From a virus: a stretch of 64,000 bases of DNA. Made by a program: the position numbers and the translations under genes. The stretch lies in the IMG/VR virus record IMGVR_UViG_3300029915_000731, positions 1 through 64,000 of that record. One strand, written 5' to 3'. How positions within the stretch are numbered: the first letter of the stretch is position 1; each line of letters opens with the position of its first letter. Shown piece after piece: positions 17,557 to 27,567 of the stretch. The notes under the pieces were generated by a model. It was not told the origin of the DNA. It was given only the letters and a program-made list of their open reading frames with translations, and made no database searches.

Positions 17557-17653
17557 TGTATTCCTCCCGATTAGCCTTCAACCAATTGCAACAGACACAC
17601 AATAACTGATACTCGTCGGTTACAGAATTCAATATTTTAATCTCTCCAGAACT

Positions 17654-17684
17654 AAAAATGGGTGGGGGTGTGAACCCCCACCCC
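17654..17684 (-). terminator. Intrinsic terminator
   Basis: GGGTGGGGG-TTCACA-CCCCCACCC-ATTTTT. Confidence 0.75.
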
Positions 17685-17702
17685 AGATTTAACTCACCCA
17701 AA

Positions 17703-18515
17703 CTACAGGTCATCTATGTCGTTGAGTGCGGCGTCTTCCGCTGTGGTTGGGATACCTGCAAGCAGGGCCTTCCATTCAAGCAGGGTAGCGACCTTACCGA
17801 GTTTCCCGATAAGCTTCTTGCCACCATCCTTGACAAACTTCTGTGCGGCGGCTTCAACTTCAGCCTTCAGAGCCGGGTTGACAGTCCAACGTGCCTTTGG
17901 AGACTTGAGCGTGAACTCGTATCCGATGCCGTTGTCTTTCTTCGCCATCACCATGTCAATGTCATACGGAGTGGCTTCTTCCGGTGCTAGGTTCGAGACC
18001 GAACGGTAGTTGGCACGGGATAGGTCAACATAACCAACTTCCCATTCAATCGGGGCACCCTTCTCATAGCCGCCTGTGGTGGGGTCCGCATTGAGGTAGA
18101 GCACAGCGAGAGCAACAACGTGGAGCTGGCCATCTTCGCCGATCTTCTGGCAGCAATAACCCGGCTCGTCGCCCTTACCCAAACAACGGTAGGTACCCTT
18201 CTTGTCCTTCAACTCCAAGAAGTGATTCTTCGCCGACTTCGGCTTCATGATAGACTCAGGAAGCAGAGCGAAGCGGACTACGCGGTTCTTTTCAGCACGG
18301 ATGCGGTTGAGCCCGTCACCCTTGGCCATTAGTTTCTTTTCGCCGAATCCTACATCAAGGTCATCATCGACGGAAGCGGGGGTGTGAGCGGGTGTTTTAG
18401 CTACTTGCTGTACGGGTTCATCGAGATCATCAGTCTGAGCAGCGGTGGTTTTAACGGTGGTCGCTGAGGTTGTGACCACATCATCTAATTCGTCATCAAA
18501 TGATTGGATTGGCAT
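17703..18515 (-). CDS. Probable single-stranded DNA-binding protein
   Basis: Acidic tail NDIDDL, H..C..CC putative Zn site, recombination-block context. Confidence 0.55.
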   Translation of the reverse strand: MPIQSFDDELDDVVTTSATTVKTTAAQTDDLDEPVQQVAKTPAHTPASVDDDLDVGFGEKKLMAKGDGLNRIRAEKNRVVRFALLPESIMKPKSAKNHFLELKDKKGTYRCLGKGDEPGYCCQKIGEDGQLHVVALAVLYLNADPTTGGYEKGAPIEWEVGYVDLSRANYRSVSNLAPEEATPYDIDMVMAKKDNGIGYEFTLKSPKARWTVNPALKAEVEAAAQKFVKDGGKKLIGKLGKVATLLEWKALLAGIPTTAEDAALNDIDDL

Positions 18516-18530
18516 TATATTTTCCTTTTA

Positions 18531-18558
18531 GTTTCGAGTTTCGAGTTTCGAGTTTCGA
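18531..18558 (-). repeat. Four tandem 7-mers in 5' UTR of SSB-like gene
   Basis: (GTTTCGA)x4 on + strand, adjacent to the AAGGA SD. Confidence 0.9.
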
Positions 18559-18647
18559 GTTTTTGGAGCGTTGTGTTACTTTACTAGCTTCAGCCGAACA
18601 AAGAGATTATGACTCCAACGGACTAATACTCCATATTGGCCTCATAG

Positions 18648-18959
18648 TTAATTTGTTTTGCTCAACTTTCGAAGGGTACCTAGAGAGGTGAACCTAACTT
18701 TTCTCTTTTCAGAAATGTGTTTGAGTTCCCCTGTAAACGGGATTACCCGCATCGTAGGGGGGGTGTGTTTTACTGTGAATTTCCCGAGGCTGTTTAACTT
18801 CATTGAAAAGTTGTCAAGGCTCAAGTTATCAACGAGGGTCTCCTCGATGCAGGAGATAATTGTGTTAGTAATAAACTCAGCCTCTTTTTTGGTGTCCAGT
18901 TTAAGGGCTTCCTTTACCTTCTGTACTAACAACTCTCGACCTATACGCGAATTGGACAT
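18648..18959 (-). CDS. HU/IHF-family DNA-binding protein
   Basis: LNSLGKFTVK...IPFTGE...ISEKRKVRF. Confidence 0.85.
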   Translation of the reverse strand: MSNSRIGRELLVQKVKEALKLDTKKEAEFITNTIISCIEETLVDNLSLDNFSMKLNSLGKFTVKHTPPTMRVIPFTGELKHISEKRKVRFTSLGTLRKLSKTN

Positions 18960-19036
18960 TAATCAAACCTCGGGTGCTGAACCACTTTCATCTCTCTAAT
19001 ACTAGGTTTGATAGTATTTTTCCCATTTACAAGCAT

Positions 19037-19064
19037 AAAAAGAGCCCCGGTTGCCCGGGACTCT
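19037..19064 (-). terminator. Intrinsic terminator
   Basis: AGAGTCCCGG-GCAA-CCGGGGCTCT-TTTT. Confidence 0.75.
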
Positions 19065-19098
19065 AAGTCCTGTACAAATGAATTAAGGTATGAGGTAG

Positions 19099-19716
19099 TT
19101 ACAGGACAATCTTGATGCCAGCCGTTGCACCAACAGTCATCTGGCGCGTCTTCTCCGGCACGTTACTGTCGAGCAAAATACCCCCAATTGCACGGATGTG
19201 CTTCGTGACGAATACTTCAGCATTGACGTTGCCGATACGCTCGTTAGTAACCGCATCCTTACCCGGAAGTAGGTAGGTGGCAATCACGCGGAACTTACTG
19301 GTCTGATAACCTGCACCGACGAATGGGTGGACGCCTTGGAAGCTGTTCACACCCTTGCTCTTAAGGTCAACGCTATTAACCGTCGAATCGACGCCAGCTC
19401 CACCAAGGAAGTGGTTAAAGACCTTGAGGTAGCCAGCGGCCTGAGTGTCAAAGGTGTAACCCTGCCCGGTTACAGCATTATTGGCCGTGTTAAAAGTCGT
19501 ATGGGCGTCCAACAGAAGGTACTTCGTGCTTGATTCGAGGCCGCCTCCAACTGTGTAGTTCGGGTTGGTCTTGTCCACTGTTGAGACAGCCGCACTTTGG
19601 ATTCCAACACCTGCGGTAGCGTATGGGGCGAAGGCACCGTTCTGTGCGACGGCGGCACCTACCACCAAAGTTAGGACAGCTAACAGCATTGCAAATCTCT
19701 TCATGAATATCTCCAA
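19099..19716 (-). CDS. Outer-membrane beta-barrel protein with signal peptide
   Basis: MKRFAMLLAVLTLVVGAAVA signal; alternating strands PYATAGVG, PFVGAGY. Confidence 0.7.
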   Translation of the reverse strand: MEIFMKRFAMLLAVLTLVVGAAVAQNGAFAPYATAGVGIQSAAVSTVDKTNPNYTVGGGLESSTKYLLLDAHTTFNTANNAVTGQGYTFDTQAAGYLKVFNHFLGGAGVDSTVNSVDLKSKGVNSFQGVHPFVGAGYQTSKFRVIATYLLPGKDAVTNERIGNVNAEVFVTKHIRAIGGILLDSNVPEKTRQMTVGATAGIKIVL

Positions 19717-19754
19717 GGAGCTTGATTAGCTCACTCTGACCTAATACTGGGTTT

Positions 19755-20552
19755 TTAGGTTTTTGGGGTTTTGGTGTCCCATATTTTAGAGACTCGAAAA
19801 GCGCATAAGTAGGGGTCGTACTGAAGGTTTCGCCACTGAGATAGTGTATATAGGGTATCGTGAACCTTGGTTACGTCAAGGGTAAGTCGAGTGAATACTT
19901 TAATCTTCGAAGGCGAGAAAAACACATCCGCCTTCCTGAGGGTGTCCTTATCCTGAGTACCCTTGATGAAGGTGTATCCACGTAAGTCTTTGTAGAGACA
20001 ATGGAGACGGTAAGCGGGCTCAACACCCCGCTTCATCCACCCAATGGGGTCTTCCCATGGTTCAGGCCACCGCTTAAACTCTTCGGGGGCGTCCCCACAG
20101 AGTAAACCAACTGCTGTCCAAACTGCTACTCGGAGGTCTAGTACTTCCTCGGAGGCTAGTATATCCGCCGTTCGTTGAATCAGGACTTTATCCGGTTTAT
20201 CCAACTTCAAGAGGGTGGCGGAGTACCGTACTATCGCATTCGCCCCGGAGCTGCCCTTCTCGATTGGGTCGAGTGACCAAAGTCCGACGTTAGTTCTGAG
20301 ATTGGGGGAGACATCGAGCATCCGGCTGGATGCAATTTGAAACAGATGGGTGCTGTTCTCCGCGAGGAGTTCGGAATCGGTCAAAGAAGCCACTGACTGG
20401 CATCGAGTGTCGAGAAGCTGTTCAACAAACCGTACCTGGGCGGGGTCGTCCCCCACCAGTACGGTATACCGCTTCGGCTTCTTCTCTAGCAGAGAGGGAA
20501 CCGGAGGGAACTCGGATACTCTAACGCCAGCCCGTAGCTTATCTTGACTCAT
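19755..20552 (-). CDS. Hypothetical protein
   Basis: 265-aa ORF, ATG 6 nt after TATTAT. Confidence 0.7.
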   Translation of the reverse strand: MSQDKLRAGVRVSEFPPVPSLLEKKPKRYTVLVGDDPAQVRFVEQLLDTRCQSVASLTDSELLAENSTHLFQIASSRMLDVSPNLRTNVGLWSLDPIEKGSSGANAIVRYSATLLKLDKPDKVLIQRTADILASEEVLDLRVAVWTAVGLLCGDAPEEFKRWPEPWEDPIGWMKRGVEPAYRLHCLYKDLRGYTFIKGTQDKDTLRKADVFFSPSKIKVFTRLTLDVTKVHDTLYTLSQWRNLQYDPYLCAFRVSKIWDTKTPKT

Positions 20553-20574
20553 ACCAAGATAATACTCTCTATTG

Positions 20575-20880
20575 TTAGAGCTTCGCCTTTAGGTCGGCTT
20601 CCAGACGGACAACTTCCGCCTCAGCCAACGCCAGCTCAACCTGAGCCTTTGCTTTTAGTGATGCGAAGACCACCTTAGCCTTGGCAACCTCTAGTTGGAC
20701 ATCCGCCTCCAACGTGGGGATGGCAGCCTTCAGCTTAGCTTCCAGTGCCTTAAACGACCCCTCTATGGTGGACAACTCCCCACTCAGGAACCACTTTGCG
20801 ATCAGCTTCTTGAACATTTTTGTAACCTCCAACCCAACTCTGGGTCTACTACAGATTTGCGTAGTTAAAACTTCGTTCAT
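20575..20880 (-). CDS. Hypothetical coiled-coil protein (likely start MFKKL)
   Basis: GGAGG precedes the internal ATG. Confidence 0.6.
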   Translation of the reverse strand: MNEVLTTQICSRPRVGLEVTKMFKKLIAKWFLSGELSTIEGSFKALEAKLKAAIPTLEADVQLEVAKAKVVFASLKAKAQVELALAEAEVVRLEADLKAKL

Positions 20881-21575
20881 CCCATCATACTTAACTTAGG
20901 CTTGGCCGACTGGAAATTGGCATGAGCCTTGGTCATATCTTCTACAAACTCAGATGCGTCCATGAGGTGGAGCAGCACTCGCTTACCCAGAGGGGTGATA
21001 CTCAGCCCCTCTTCTTCGGTTTCGATGATACCGTACCCTGTCCCAACAATCGCGATGGATTCGACTAGTTTCTTCATGATACTACGAATTTGCTGGGCTC
21101 GTTTCTCTTCGGGAATCTCGGTGCCATCCGGGTTGGTCAGTTTCAGGTGAATAGCCTTCTCCAGCGGTTCCACCAGATAATCGTGCTGGGGGTGCTCCAA
21201 CTCTGAGAGGAGGAGAATCAAGAGCTGCCGCATGACTGTTCCGAACTCCGGGTGGAGGTGCTTTACCTGCTCTATAATCAGCTCACCGACCAGCAGGGTG
21301 ACACCGAAGGTGGCACCCCATTTAGATGCGTTAGTCAATTCAGGACGAGCGGAGAATTCTGAGAGTGAGGGATAGTTAGCATACTTGGTCAGGAGCCGCT
21401 TCTCTCTCTCCATGAACTCCTCTGCACATTCAAGGAGTTGGTTTTGAGTGGCCTCAGATGGAAGTAGCCCATCACAGGCAAGCGAGAGCATCTCCGCTCT
21501 CGCTTGATGGGATACTGTTTTTTGAATAAAAAGCACCTTTTTTAGGTCGTCTATACTTTGTATGGGTACAATCAT
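20877..21575 (-). CDS. Hypothetical protein with C-terminal winged-helix-like motif
   Basis: GIIE...LSITPLGKRVL. Confidence 0.7.
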   Translation of the reverse strand: MIVPIQSIDDLKKVLFIQKTVSHQARAEMLSLACDGLLPSEATQNQLLECAEEFMEREKRLLTKYANYPSLSEFSARPELTNASKWGATFGVTLLVGELIIEQVKHLHPEFGTVMRQLLILLLSELEHPQHDYLVEPLEKAIHLKLTNPDGTEIPEEKRAQQIRSIMKKLVESIAIVGTGYGIIETEEEGLSITPLGKRVLLHLMDASEFVEDMTKAHANFQSAKPKLSMMG

Positions 21576-21631
21576 GACATCTAATACCTATCTTCAGCCG
21601 ATAAAGAGATTATGACTCCAACAGGCTCCCA

Positions 21632-21976
21632 CTAATATGGAGCTATTAGAACTTTCCGCACGTTTTCAAGTGAAGTAACTCGTTTTTTTAGATGCCACGC
21701 ACGATAACGAAATAGGCAAACCTCTCGCCAGATTTTGTTACTTTGCCAGAAAAGTATCTGCATGGAGTAACGGGTGTACTTGTTGAGACGGCGAAGGGAG
21801 TCGCGGTCTCGGTAGCCCGTGGCCTCAAAATGGTCATAAAACTCTCGGTAGTCGTTTAAGACGAGTGCCTCATGGAACTTCACTTCGGCCTTGCTTGCGC
21901 GGTACGGGAGTAGGAGCAGAGAGGTTAGCAACAAGTCCAGCATGTCGGCCTCCTTCGGCTTATACGCTACCCGCAC
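21632..21976 (-). CDS. Hypothetical protein
   Basis: AGGAGG upstream, 114 aa. Confidence 0.5.
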   Translation of the reverse strand: MRVAYKPKEADMLDLLLTSLLLLPYRASKAEVKFHEALVLNDYREFYDHFEATGYRDRDSLRRLNKYTRYSMQILFWQSNKIWREVCLFRYRAWHLKKRVTSLENVRKVLIAPY

Positions 21977-22066
21977 CTCCTGAGGTTTGGGTTGCTCAAT
22001 GATATCGAGTTTTTAACTAAGAACACCAGCATACATAAAAGAACACCATAATCAAAATCCCCGCAG

Positions 22067-22351
22067 TTAGCGGGGATTGAGGTGAAGCAGTAAATAGGAA
22101 ATTAACGGTGGAATGGACTTAAACGGTTCGCCGAACCCCCCTACTTGAGCGTAGTAATACCCCCCTGAATACAGGTCAACTGACCATCGAATATCATAGG
22201 TCACCGAACTCAACCTAATGTTAGGCACTAACTTGAGGGACTCCCGCCAGCCGACCTGAAGTGGCTCATCCATTGGGATGTACGACTCTAAGGCCATCTT
22301 GACGCTACGGTACTCTTGTGGTTTTGGGAGCTTGGGACTACGTTTACGCAT
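22067..22351 (-). CDS. Hypothetical protein
   Basis: 94-aa ORF in operon. Confidence 0.55.
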   Translation of the reverse strand: MRKRSPKLPKPQEYRSVKMALESYIPMDEPLQVGWRESLKLVPNIRLSSVTYDIRWSVDLYSGGYYYAQVGGFGEPFKSIPPLISYLLLHLNPR

Positions 22352-22540
22352 TACCTTTGGCTTAAGACCTCTTCCCAGATTTTTCCTGCGACTCGAACTG
22401 CGGCTTCAATCTCCATGTCGCTAGGCTCCACGATATAGGGAGGAGTATTGGGGTTGGAACGCAACCCCTTATGTACAGAGCCACCTAATAAACTAGCGGC
22501 TGCAAGCATCTTCAAATCTTCGAGTTCCATCATACTCCAA

Positions 22541-23113
22541 TCAACTGTCGAACCAAAACACGATGCGTACTTCATCCAAGCCGCCAAGCGTCCTGAGTTG
22601 TTCGAGATGCTCCATATAGCGTTCACCAAGGAGTTGGCGGTATGTCGTCATCTCGCCACCACCGGGCTCCGCTGTAGCCGCACCAGTCCAAGAACGAGGG
22701 CCTGTCTGCTGAGTTACACGTCGGTCTTCCACGAGTTTGTCGTAGTCAAACTCCGCCAACTCACGCAAAGTCAAATAGGAGTGGGAGTGATAGTCGCCGC
22801 CATAGACGTAGTCGTTCTCATCCCACGCGCCGTAGCCGATACCGAATGCACCGGGTTTGGGTTCAGATTTTCTGAAGTAGGGACTGTCGTGGGGGATACC
22901 ACGGGGCACTTTCCCGAAATTGTGAGGAATGGCAGAGTAATTCCGCACATCGGCGAAGAAGGCGAACATACCATAATGCCGCTGGTCAAACGGGGTGTCC
23001 GATATCTCTTCGTGCCCTGTCCACCCGTTGTTGAATATCGCCGGGGCGGTGTGTCCCCACTCCCCGGTGACCGGGTCTTTGATTTCTACCGTCAAATGAA
23101 TGTCGCAGCCCAT
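22541..23113 (-). CDS. Conserved phage hypothetical protein
   Basis: MGCDIH...PRGIP...HSHSYLTLREL...RIVFWFD. Confidence 0.75.
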   Translation of the reverse strand: MGCDIHLTVEIKDPVTGEWGHTAPAIFNNGWTGHEEISDTPFDQRHYGMFAFFADVRNYSAIPHNFGKVPRGIPHDSPYFRKSEPKPGAFGIGYGAWDENDYVYGGDYHSHSYLTLRELAEFDYDKLVEDRRVTQQTGPRSWTGAATAEPGGGEMTTYRQLLGERYMEHLEQLRTLGGLDEVRIVFWFDS

Positions 23114-23247
23114 ATTACCTCCCTAGCACGTATTTTATAACAGTTTCATTCTATACGCTCTACTTTAAGTAGAACGGGGGCCATTTTTCAATGACCCCCG
23201 TCGTCGGCGACTACTACTTGGAGAGAAGAAGTGCCGACAAGCTTGAA

Positions 23248-23628
23248 CTACCGTCTACAGGACACTGAGCTGCCAGCATTAACTGAGCCACCCACGGCAT
23301 CACAGTGTACTGAGCTACCTGCGTTGACTGAACCGCCAACCTTACCGCAGCTCACCGAGCTACCTGCTGAGACTGAGCCCTGTACATCGCCGCAGGTGAC
23401 CGAGGAATCCGATTCGAGAGAGGCCAGTGGCCCTTCCCACTTCACCTCAATCACACCGGAGAGACCTTCGGCAATGACCTTGCCATTAACCCGGACAGTT
23501 CCGCCCGTGATAGAGACAGCCGACACACTACCGAATACATCGGGATCAAACCGCTTACCATTGATGATAATCATAGTCCCCTTTACGCTGCCATCATGGG
23601 CAGGAAAACCAATGAGTCGAGCCACCAC
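23248..23628 (-). CDS. Beta-solenoid repeat protein (likely start MIIING)
   Basis: Three 15-aa V.GSV.AGSSV.C repeats. Confidence 0.7.
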   Translation of the reverse strand: MVARLIGFPAHDGSVKGTMIIINGKRFDPDVFGSVSAVSITGGTVRVNGKVIAEGLSGVIEVKWEGPLASLESDSSVTCGDVQGSVSAGSSVSCGKVGGSVNAGSSVHCDAVGGSVNAGSSVSCRR

Positions 23629-25439
23629 TTCGGGAACATCTTCTCGTTGCGCGTAACAAACTGAATGAAGTCTTCATCCAGAATGTAGTGTTTTGCTTTA
23701 TCCTCTTTGTGACGGTTGGAGCGGCCTGTAGCCTGTACCATGACCAATGCAGTCAGCCAAGCGTAGTATTCTGGGTCACGCTGTTTACGTACCGTCATAT
23801 AGTTGTCGAGGAATGGAAATGGCACCTTGGTGATGATACTGAAACGGCTCAGGTCGTCCTTCAGGTCGAGCCCCTCAGTCATCGACGGAGAGAACAGAAC
23901 GGTGGGCTCACCCTCACGGGCGATGTGCTCAGCTACGACGCGGTCACGGTCACCGGAGATGCCAGTGTGAGTTAGTACGCGACTGCTCATTCCAAGAGAA
24001 CGAAGGTGGTTGACGATGTATTTCGTGTTCTCGTAGCTGTGGGTGTGAACTAGGCCCTTCACGTCTGGGTTCTTCTCGCCCACAATCTTGGCAACCATCT
24101 CAGCCATAAGTGGTAGGGTGGCCTTCTTATTGTTGAAGGACATCTTGCCAACAGGCTTCACGAAGATGCGGCGGTTCTCAATCGGGAACTCGCTATCTAC
24201 CGCTACGGTGACGGCGTCGTTTGGGTCAATCCCGAGGTTACGCATGAAAGTCGTGAAGTTTAAAATGGTCGCAGACAGGATGAGAATCTTCTCCGCCTTC
24301 GAGAACAGAATATCGTCAGCGAAGAGAGTGGCCGTCAACGGCTTCACAACCATCTTGGCCGGGGTGCGGGGGATTTCCACGCCGCAGTCGCGCTTCCAGC
24401 AAGCTTTGGTACCCGGAAGGAGCTTTGCTCCGCAGCGGGGGCACTCGTGAACGTCCGACTCCGAGTAGACAATCCAGTCACGGTGGTCAGGGGCGCAGGT
24501 GAACATTGCCAGCTTCTCACAGAATTGATTCAAACCTGAAAGCTTCTTCGCCAGCTTGGCCATTTCCGGGGTCATCTGGCCAGTAGCCTTCGCGGTGGCC
24601 AGATCATCTTCCCAACGGTTCACGGTAGCCGTAGCTGCCGGAAGGAACACTTCGGTAATCCACTTAAGGCCGGAGGCACAGTCGCCAGCGTCGATGAAGG
24701 GAACTGAGCTGTAGGTGATGCCGACTTCTTCGACGCGGAAGCGGTTGAGTTCGACGCTGGCCATCGAGAGCACCTGATTCTCGGTGTTGTGGCCTTCGTC
24801 AAGAATCAACATGTGGCGGTTCTTGAACTGGTTGCCGTGGGCGGTCTCGGTCAGGTACTTGGCGAAGTTGGTCACACCCAACGGGGAGTTCAGGAAGGCT
24901 TCCTTAGCGGGTTTGTAGCCCGAGCAATCACCCCCAGAGCCGTCGTGGGTTTCGTGATACATCATGGAGGCGGTTTCGCAATCCATACCCTCACCGTTAT
25001 CGTAGGTGTAGTGACAGAAGTAGTTCGCCTTGCCCTTGAGTTCTTTCAAACCCATGGCAGCAAAGTCACGCATGTACTGGTGAGTTAGAACCTTCTGGGG
25101 TGAAAGAATGTAGGCACCGGGGGCGTAGTTGTCAACGTTAACATTGGGGAACTCAGAGGTGATTCCGACCCGCTTCACGGGATCAGCAAGAGCAGCAAAG
25201 TTGTTCCGGGCTCCCATCACCTTGGCGTAAGACGCGGCAGCGATAGCGATACCAGACTTACCGATGCCCGTGGGAGCCTCGATGATAATGAACTTTTTGT
25301 TGGTGGCGTAAGCTTGCTCAATGGCCTGAAGACAAATCTCCTGCTTCTCGCGGATGGTGGGGAACGGGAAGTGTTCGCGAATGTTCAGCGAATAGTTCTC
25401 ATTCATGTTCTTCACGTCGCTCATTGAAGCAGTCGTCAT
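23583..25439 (-). CDS. DinG/YoaA-like SF2 helicase
   Basis: APTGIGKS, DEGH, SAT, EGLD, QATGRSNR; CPRC..C...C insert. Confidence 0.9.
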   Translation of the reverse strand: MTTASMSDVKNMNENYSLNIREHFPFPTIREKQEICLQAIEQAYATNKKFIIIEAPTGIGKSGIAIAAASYAKVMGARNNFAALADPVKRVGITSEFPNVNVDNYAPGAYILSPQKVLTHQYMRDFAAMGLKELKGKANYFCHYTYDNGEGMDCETASMMYHETHDGSGGDCSGYKPAKEAFLNSPLGVTNFAKYLTETAHGNQFKNRHMLILDEGHNTENQVLSMASVELNRFRVEEVGITYSSVPFIDAGDCASGLKWITEVFLPAATATVNRWEDDLATAKATGQMTPEMAKLAKKLSGLNQFCEKLAMFTCAPDHRDWIVYSESDVHECPRCGAKLLPGTKACWKRDCGVEIPRTPAKMVVKPLTATLFADDILFSKAEKILILSATILNFTTFMRNLGIDPNDAVTVAVDSEFPIENRRIFVKPVGKMSFNNKKATLPLMAEMVAKIVGEKNPDVKGLVHTHSYENTKYIVNHLRSLGMSSRVLTHTGISGDRDRVVAEHIAREGEPTVLFSPSMTEGLDLKDDLSRFSIITKVPFPFLDNYMTVRKQRDPEYYAWLTALVMVQATGRSNRHKEDKAKHYILDEDFIQFVTRNEKMFPKWWLDSLVFLPMMAA

Positions 25440-25499
25440 TTATCTTCTCTCCACTTGTAGTATACTAGGCAGAAAGTGATTTTGGCTATTCCTTTTTTT

Positions 25500-26165
25500 T
25501 CAAAATACCCTAAAACAGTCAGAGGTACAGGTATAGTCCTGAATTTGCTCATTTTCGAGCATCTTTCTTTCTTCTTCAGAGAGAACCTCATAAAGGCCAT
25601 CCGCCAGCTCTTCCAGCTTGATGCGGAACGCCCGGTCTGACAATTTACCAGGAAACACTGTCATCATACCGCCTACCTTGCTGATGAGGTGATTACAATA
25701 CTTTTCAGGCAGACCGTCATCCTTACCTAAACTGAAACGCAGGAGGCGGATGAGAGAATCCAACCGGGGTGTGGGGTTGTCCACGTGGTTCTCAAGACAG
25801 GTGAATCTTGCCCATATCTGCTGGCGTAAATTCAAATCCTTCCAATGCACAGTATCCCGGCACGCCAAAGCGTGGACTACATCGTCGTACATCTGTTCCA
25901 ACTTGAGGTAAAGGGTAGCCGCTTCAAACTCGTTGGCCTCTAGATGCATGAATCGCTCACGGCGGTTTTTCTTCTCCTGCTGTACCAGCTCCAGTGAACA
26001 GGCGGCAGTGCCTGAATTTCCGATGCAACAAAGGGGGAGTTGACTGTATGGAACGAGGCGGAGAGTCGAGGCATCGAATTGCCCCCCTTGTTGGATGAGG
26101 GAGTCCCGAATAGTGTAGTAATCCCCCCGGGGTGCCTCGGGCTCAATATCAATCATCATACTCAA
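25500..26165 (-). CDS. Hypothetical protein
   Basis: 221-aa ORF. Confidence 0.65.
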   Translation of the reverse strand: MSMMIDIEPEAPRGDYYTIRDSLIQQGGQFDASTLRLVPYSQLPLCCIGNSGTAACSLELVQQEKKNRRERFMHLEANEFEAATLYLKLEQMYDDVVHALACRDTVHWKDLNLRQQIWARFTCLENHVDNPTPRLDSLIRLLRFSLGKDDGLPEKYCNHLISKVGGMMTVFPGKLSDRAFRIKLEELADGLYEVLSEEERKMLENEQIQDYTCTSDCFRVF

Positions 26166-26557
26166 TCATCATACTCTTTTGAGTCCCCGGTACACACACA
26201 CTTGACGGTCAGACTCTTGCCATAGCGAGTCCAGCGGATGAGATACTTGACGGGTGGGTTAAAATGGGTAGCGAGCGCTGCCGTGTCATCCGAACTCACC
26301 ATGAACTCCATGTATCCCTCTTCCCAATCAAAGGGACTCTTCATCTTGTCATCAAGGCCACGCGAATACGCCCCAGTAAGTACCGCAGTTCGAACCTCTG
26401 TTACCACGAGGTTGTGACCACGGGAGCGAAGTCCATTGGTAAGGATATTGGAATCCTCCAGCAGCTCTTGTTCGTCTTTGACTCGTATACCGTCTTCTTT
26501 GAAGGTGTTCATCTCTTCAATGAGGTTGGGCAGGTCTGACTTTGACGCGATTTTCAT
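26162..26557 (-). CDS. Hypothetical protein
   Basis: 131-aa ORF, GAGG SD. Confidence 0.65.
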   Translation of the reverse strand: MKIASKSDLPNLIEEMNTFKEDGIRVKDEQELLEDSNILTNGLRSRGHNLVVTEVRTAVLTGAYSRGLDDKMKSPFDWEEGYMEFMVSSDDTAALATHFNPPVKYLIRWTRYGKSLTVKCVCTGDSKEYDD

Positions 26558-26559
26558 TA

Positions 26560-26820
26560 TTACCTCGGAGGAAAGTGTACTGTCTGATGCTTTTTTTCAA
26601 ATGCTTCTGGAAATTCGTTCTCAGCTTCCGGGTCGCCGCCAACGTTAGGGGAGATTTCCTTGTCAGAGGTCTCCCGTCTTTCGTTGGACGCGCCTGTGTC
26701 GTTTATGTTCGTCTGATTCTCTCTGTTGGCTATCTCCGTACTATCATAGTTGGTGTTCCCCTCCCCACCACCTATATCATACCCGTAGGCTTTTTTCCTA
26801 AGAAACCTTGAAATCCACAT
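26560..26820 (-). CDS. Hypothetical protein
   Basis: 86 aa, AGGGGG SD. Confidence 0.5.
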   Translation of the reverse strand: MWISRFLRKKAYGYDIGGGEGNTNYDSTEIANRENQTNINDTGASNERRETSDKEISPNVGGDPEAENEFPEAFEKKHQTVHFPPR

Positions 26821-26841
26821 ATTTACCCCCTTTGTCTGACC

Positions 26842-27162
26842 CTATTCCGAAATGGGCTCTGATAGAGTATCCGAAAGCTGTTGTTTCAACCCTACCTCCG
26901 CATACTCTCCGATGATAGTTTTGTTAGGAAAAAACCGGAGGTAGACACCCTCAGACGTACGCTCCTCTTGAAGGGAGGCTTCCTTAGGAAGAGTCTCACT
27001 CTGGAAGAAGGTGTGGGGAATGAACATCTCATACCCTCCCCCAGCGACCCGCTTGCCATACAGTTTTACAATCGCGGACAAAATTAGTTTGTTCATGCTT
27101 ACCTTGCTACCTTTAGGTGAACGTAATCGGGACGACCCGGTAGCGTACTGAATCTCGGCCAA
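26842..27162 (-). CDS. Hypothetical protein (likely start MNKLIL)
   Basis: ORF in operon. Confidence 0.55.
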   Translation of the reverse strand: MAEIQYATGSSRLRSPKGSKVSMNKLILSAIVKLYGKRVAGGGYEMFIPHTFFQSETLPKEASLQEERTSEGVYLRFFPNKTIIGEYAEVGLKQQLSDTLSEPISE

Positions 27163-27301
27163 GTGCCTTGGCTACTTCGCGTGCCCTACGGCGCGTGTCA
27201 TAGATAAGAATCTGATTGTTAGAATTGGGAGTGGAAGACACCCACATGAAAGTATTCCCCTCTGAATCAATGAGCGCCCACCCTTTATTTGTCTTTTTCA
27301 T
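27113..27301 (-). CDS. Small hypothetical protein, paralog of 27298..27567
   Basis: Shared WA..., Y.TR..AR..A, RVVP(I/V)T motifs. Confidence 0.6.
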   Translation of the reverse strand: MKKTNKGWALIDSEGNTFMWVSSTPNSNNQILIYDTRRRAREVAKALGRDSVRYRVVPITFT

Positions 27302-27567
27302 TTTGAATTCTCCGCTTTACCGACTTCACCCTCGTAGGTGATCGTCACCGGAACCACGCGGCTAAACCTCATGTATATATTATCGCGGTAGTACCTTGCC
27401 GCGTCCCTTGCACCCTCGCGAGTTCTGTACAGAAGTGGGGGATCAGGTGATTTGCCCTCCACTATCACCGCCCATGCCTTAAGCTCTACTGTCTTTTTCA
27501 TTTTGTTTGTTTCAACCCCCGCACTCGTACAGAGTGTGACAATCGTAAATTCCTTAATTGAAGGCAT
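27298..27567 (-). CDS. Small hypothetical protein, paralog of 27113..27301
   Basis: AWAV...YRTREGARDAA...RVVPVTITY. Confidence 0.6.
   Translation of the reverse strand: MPSIKEFTIVTLCTSAGVETNKMKKTVELKAWAVIVEGKSPDPPLLYRTREGARDAARYYRDNIYMRFSRVVPVTITYEGEVGKAENSK

Noticed and set aside
22351-22629. 92-aa ORF as annotated
   Set aside because: 5' part overlaps 22541..23113; only the portion from MMELEDL is plausibly coding, so left uncalled
15362-23656. Long plus-strand ORFs (15362..15973, 16170..16763, 22448..23140, 23231..23656)
   Set aside because: Antisense shadows of well-supported minus-strand genes
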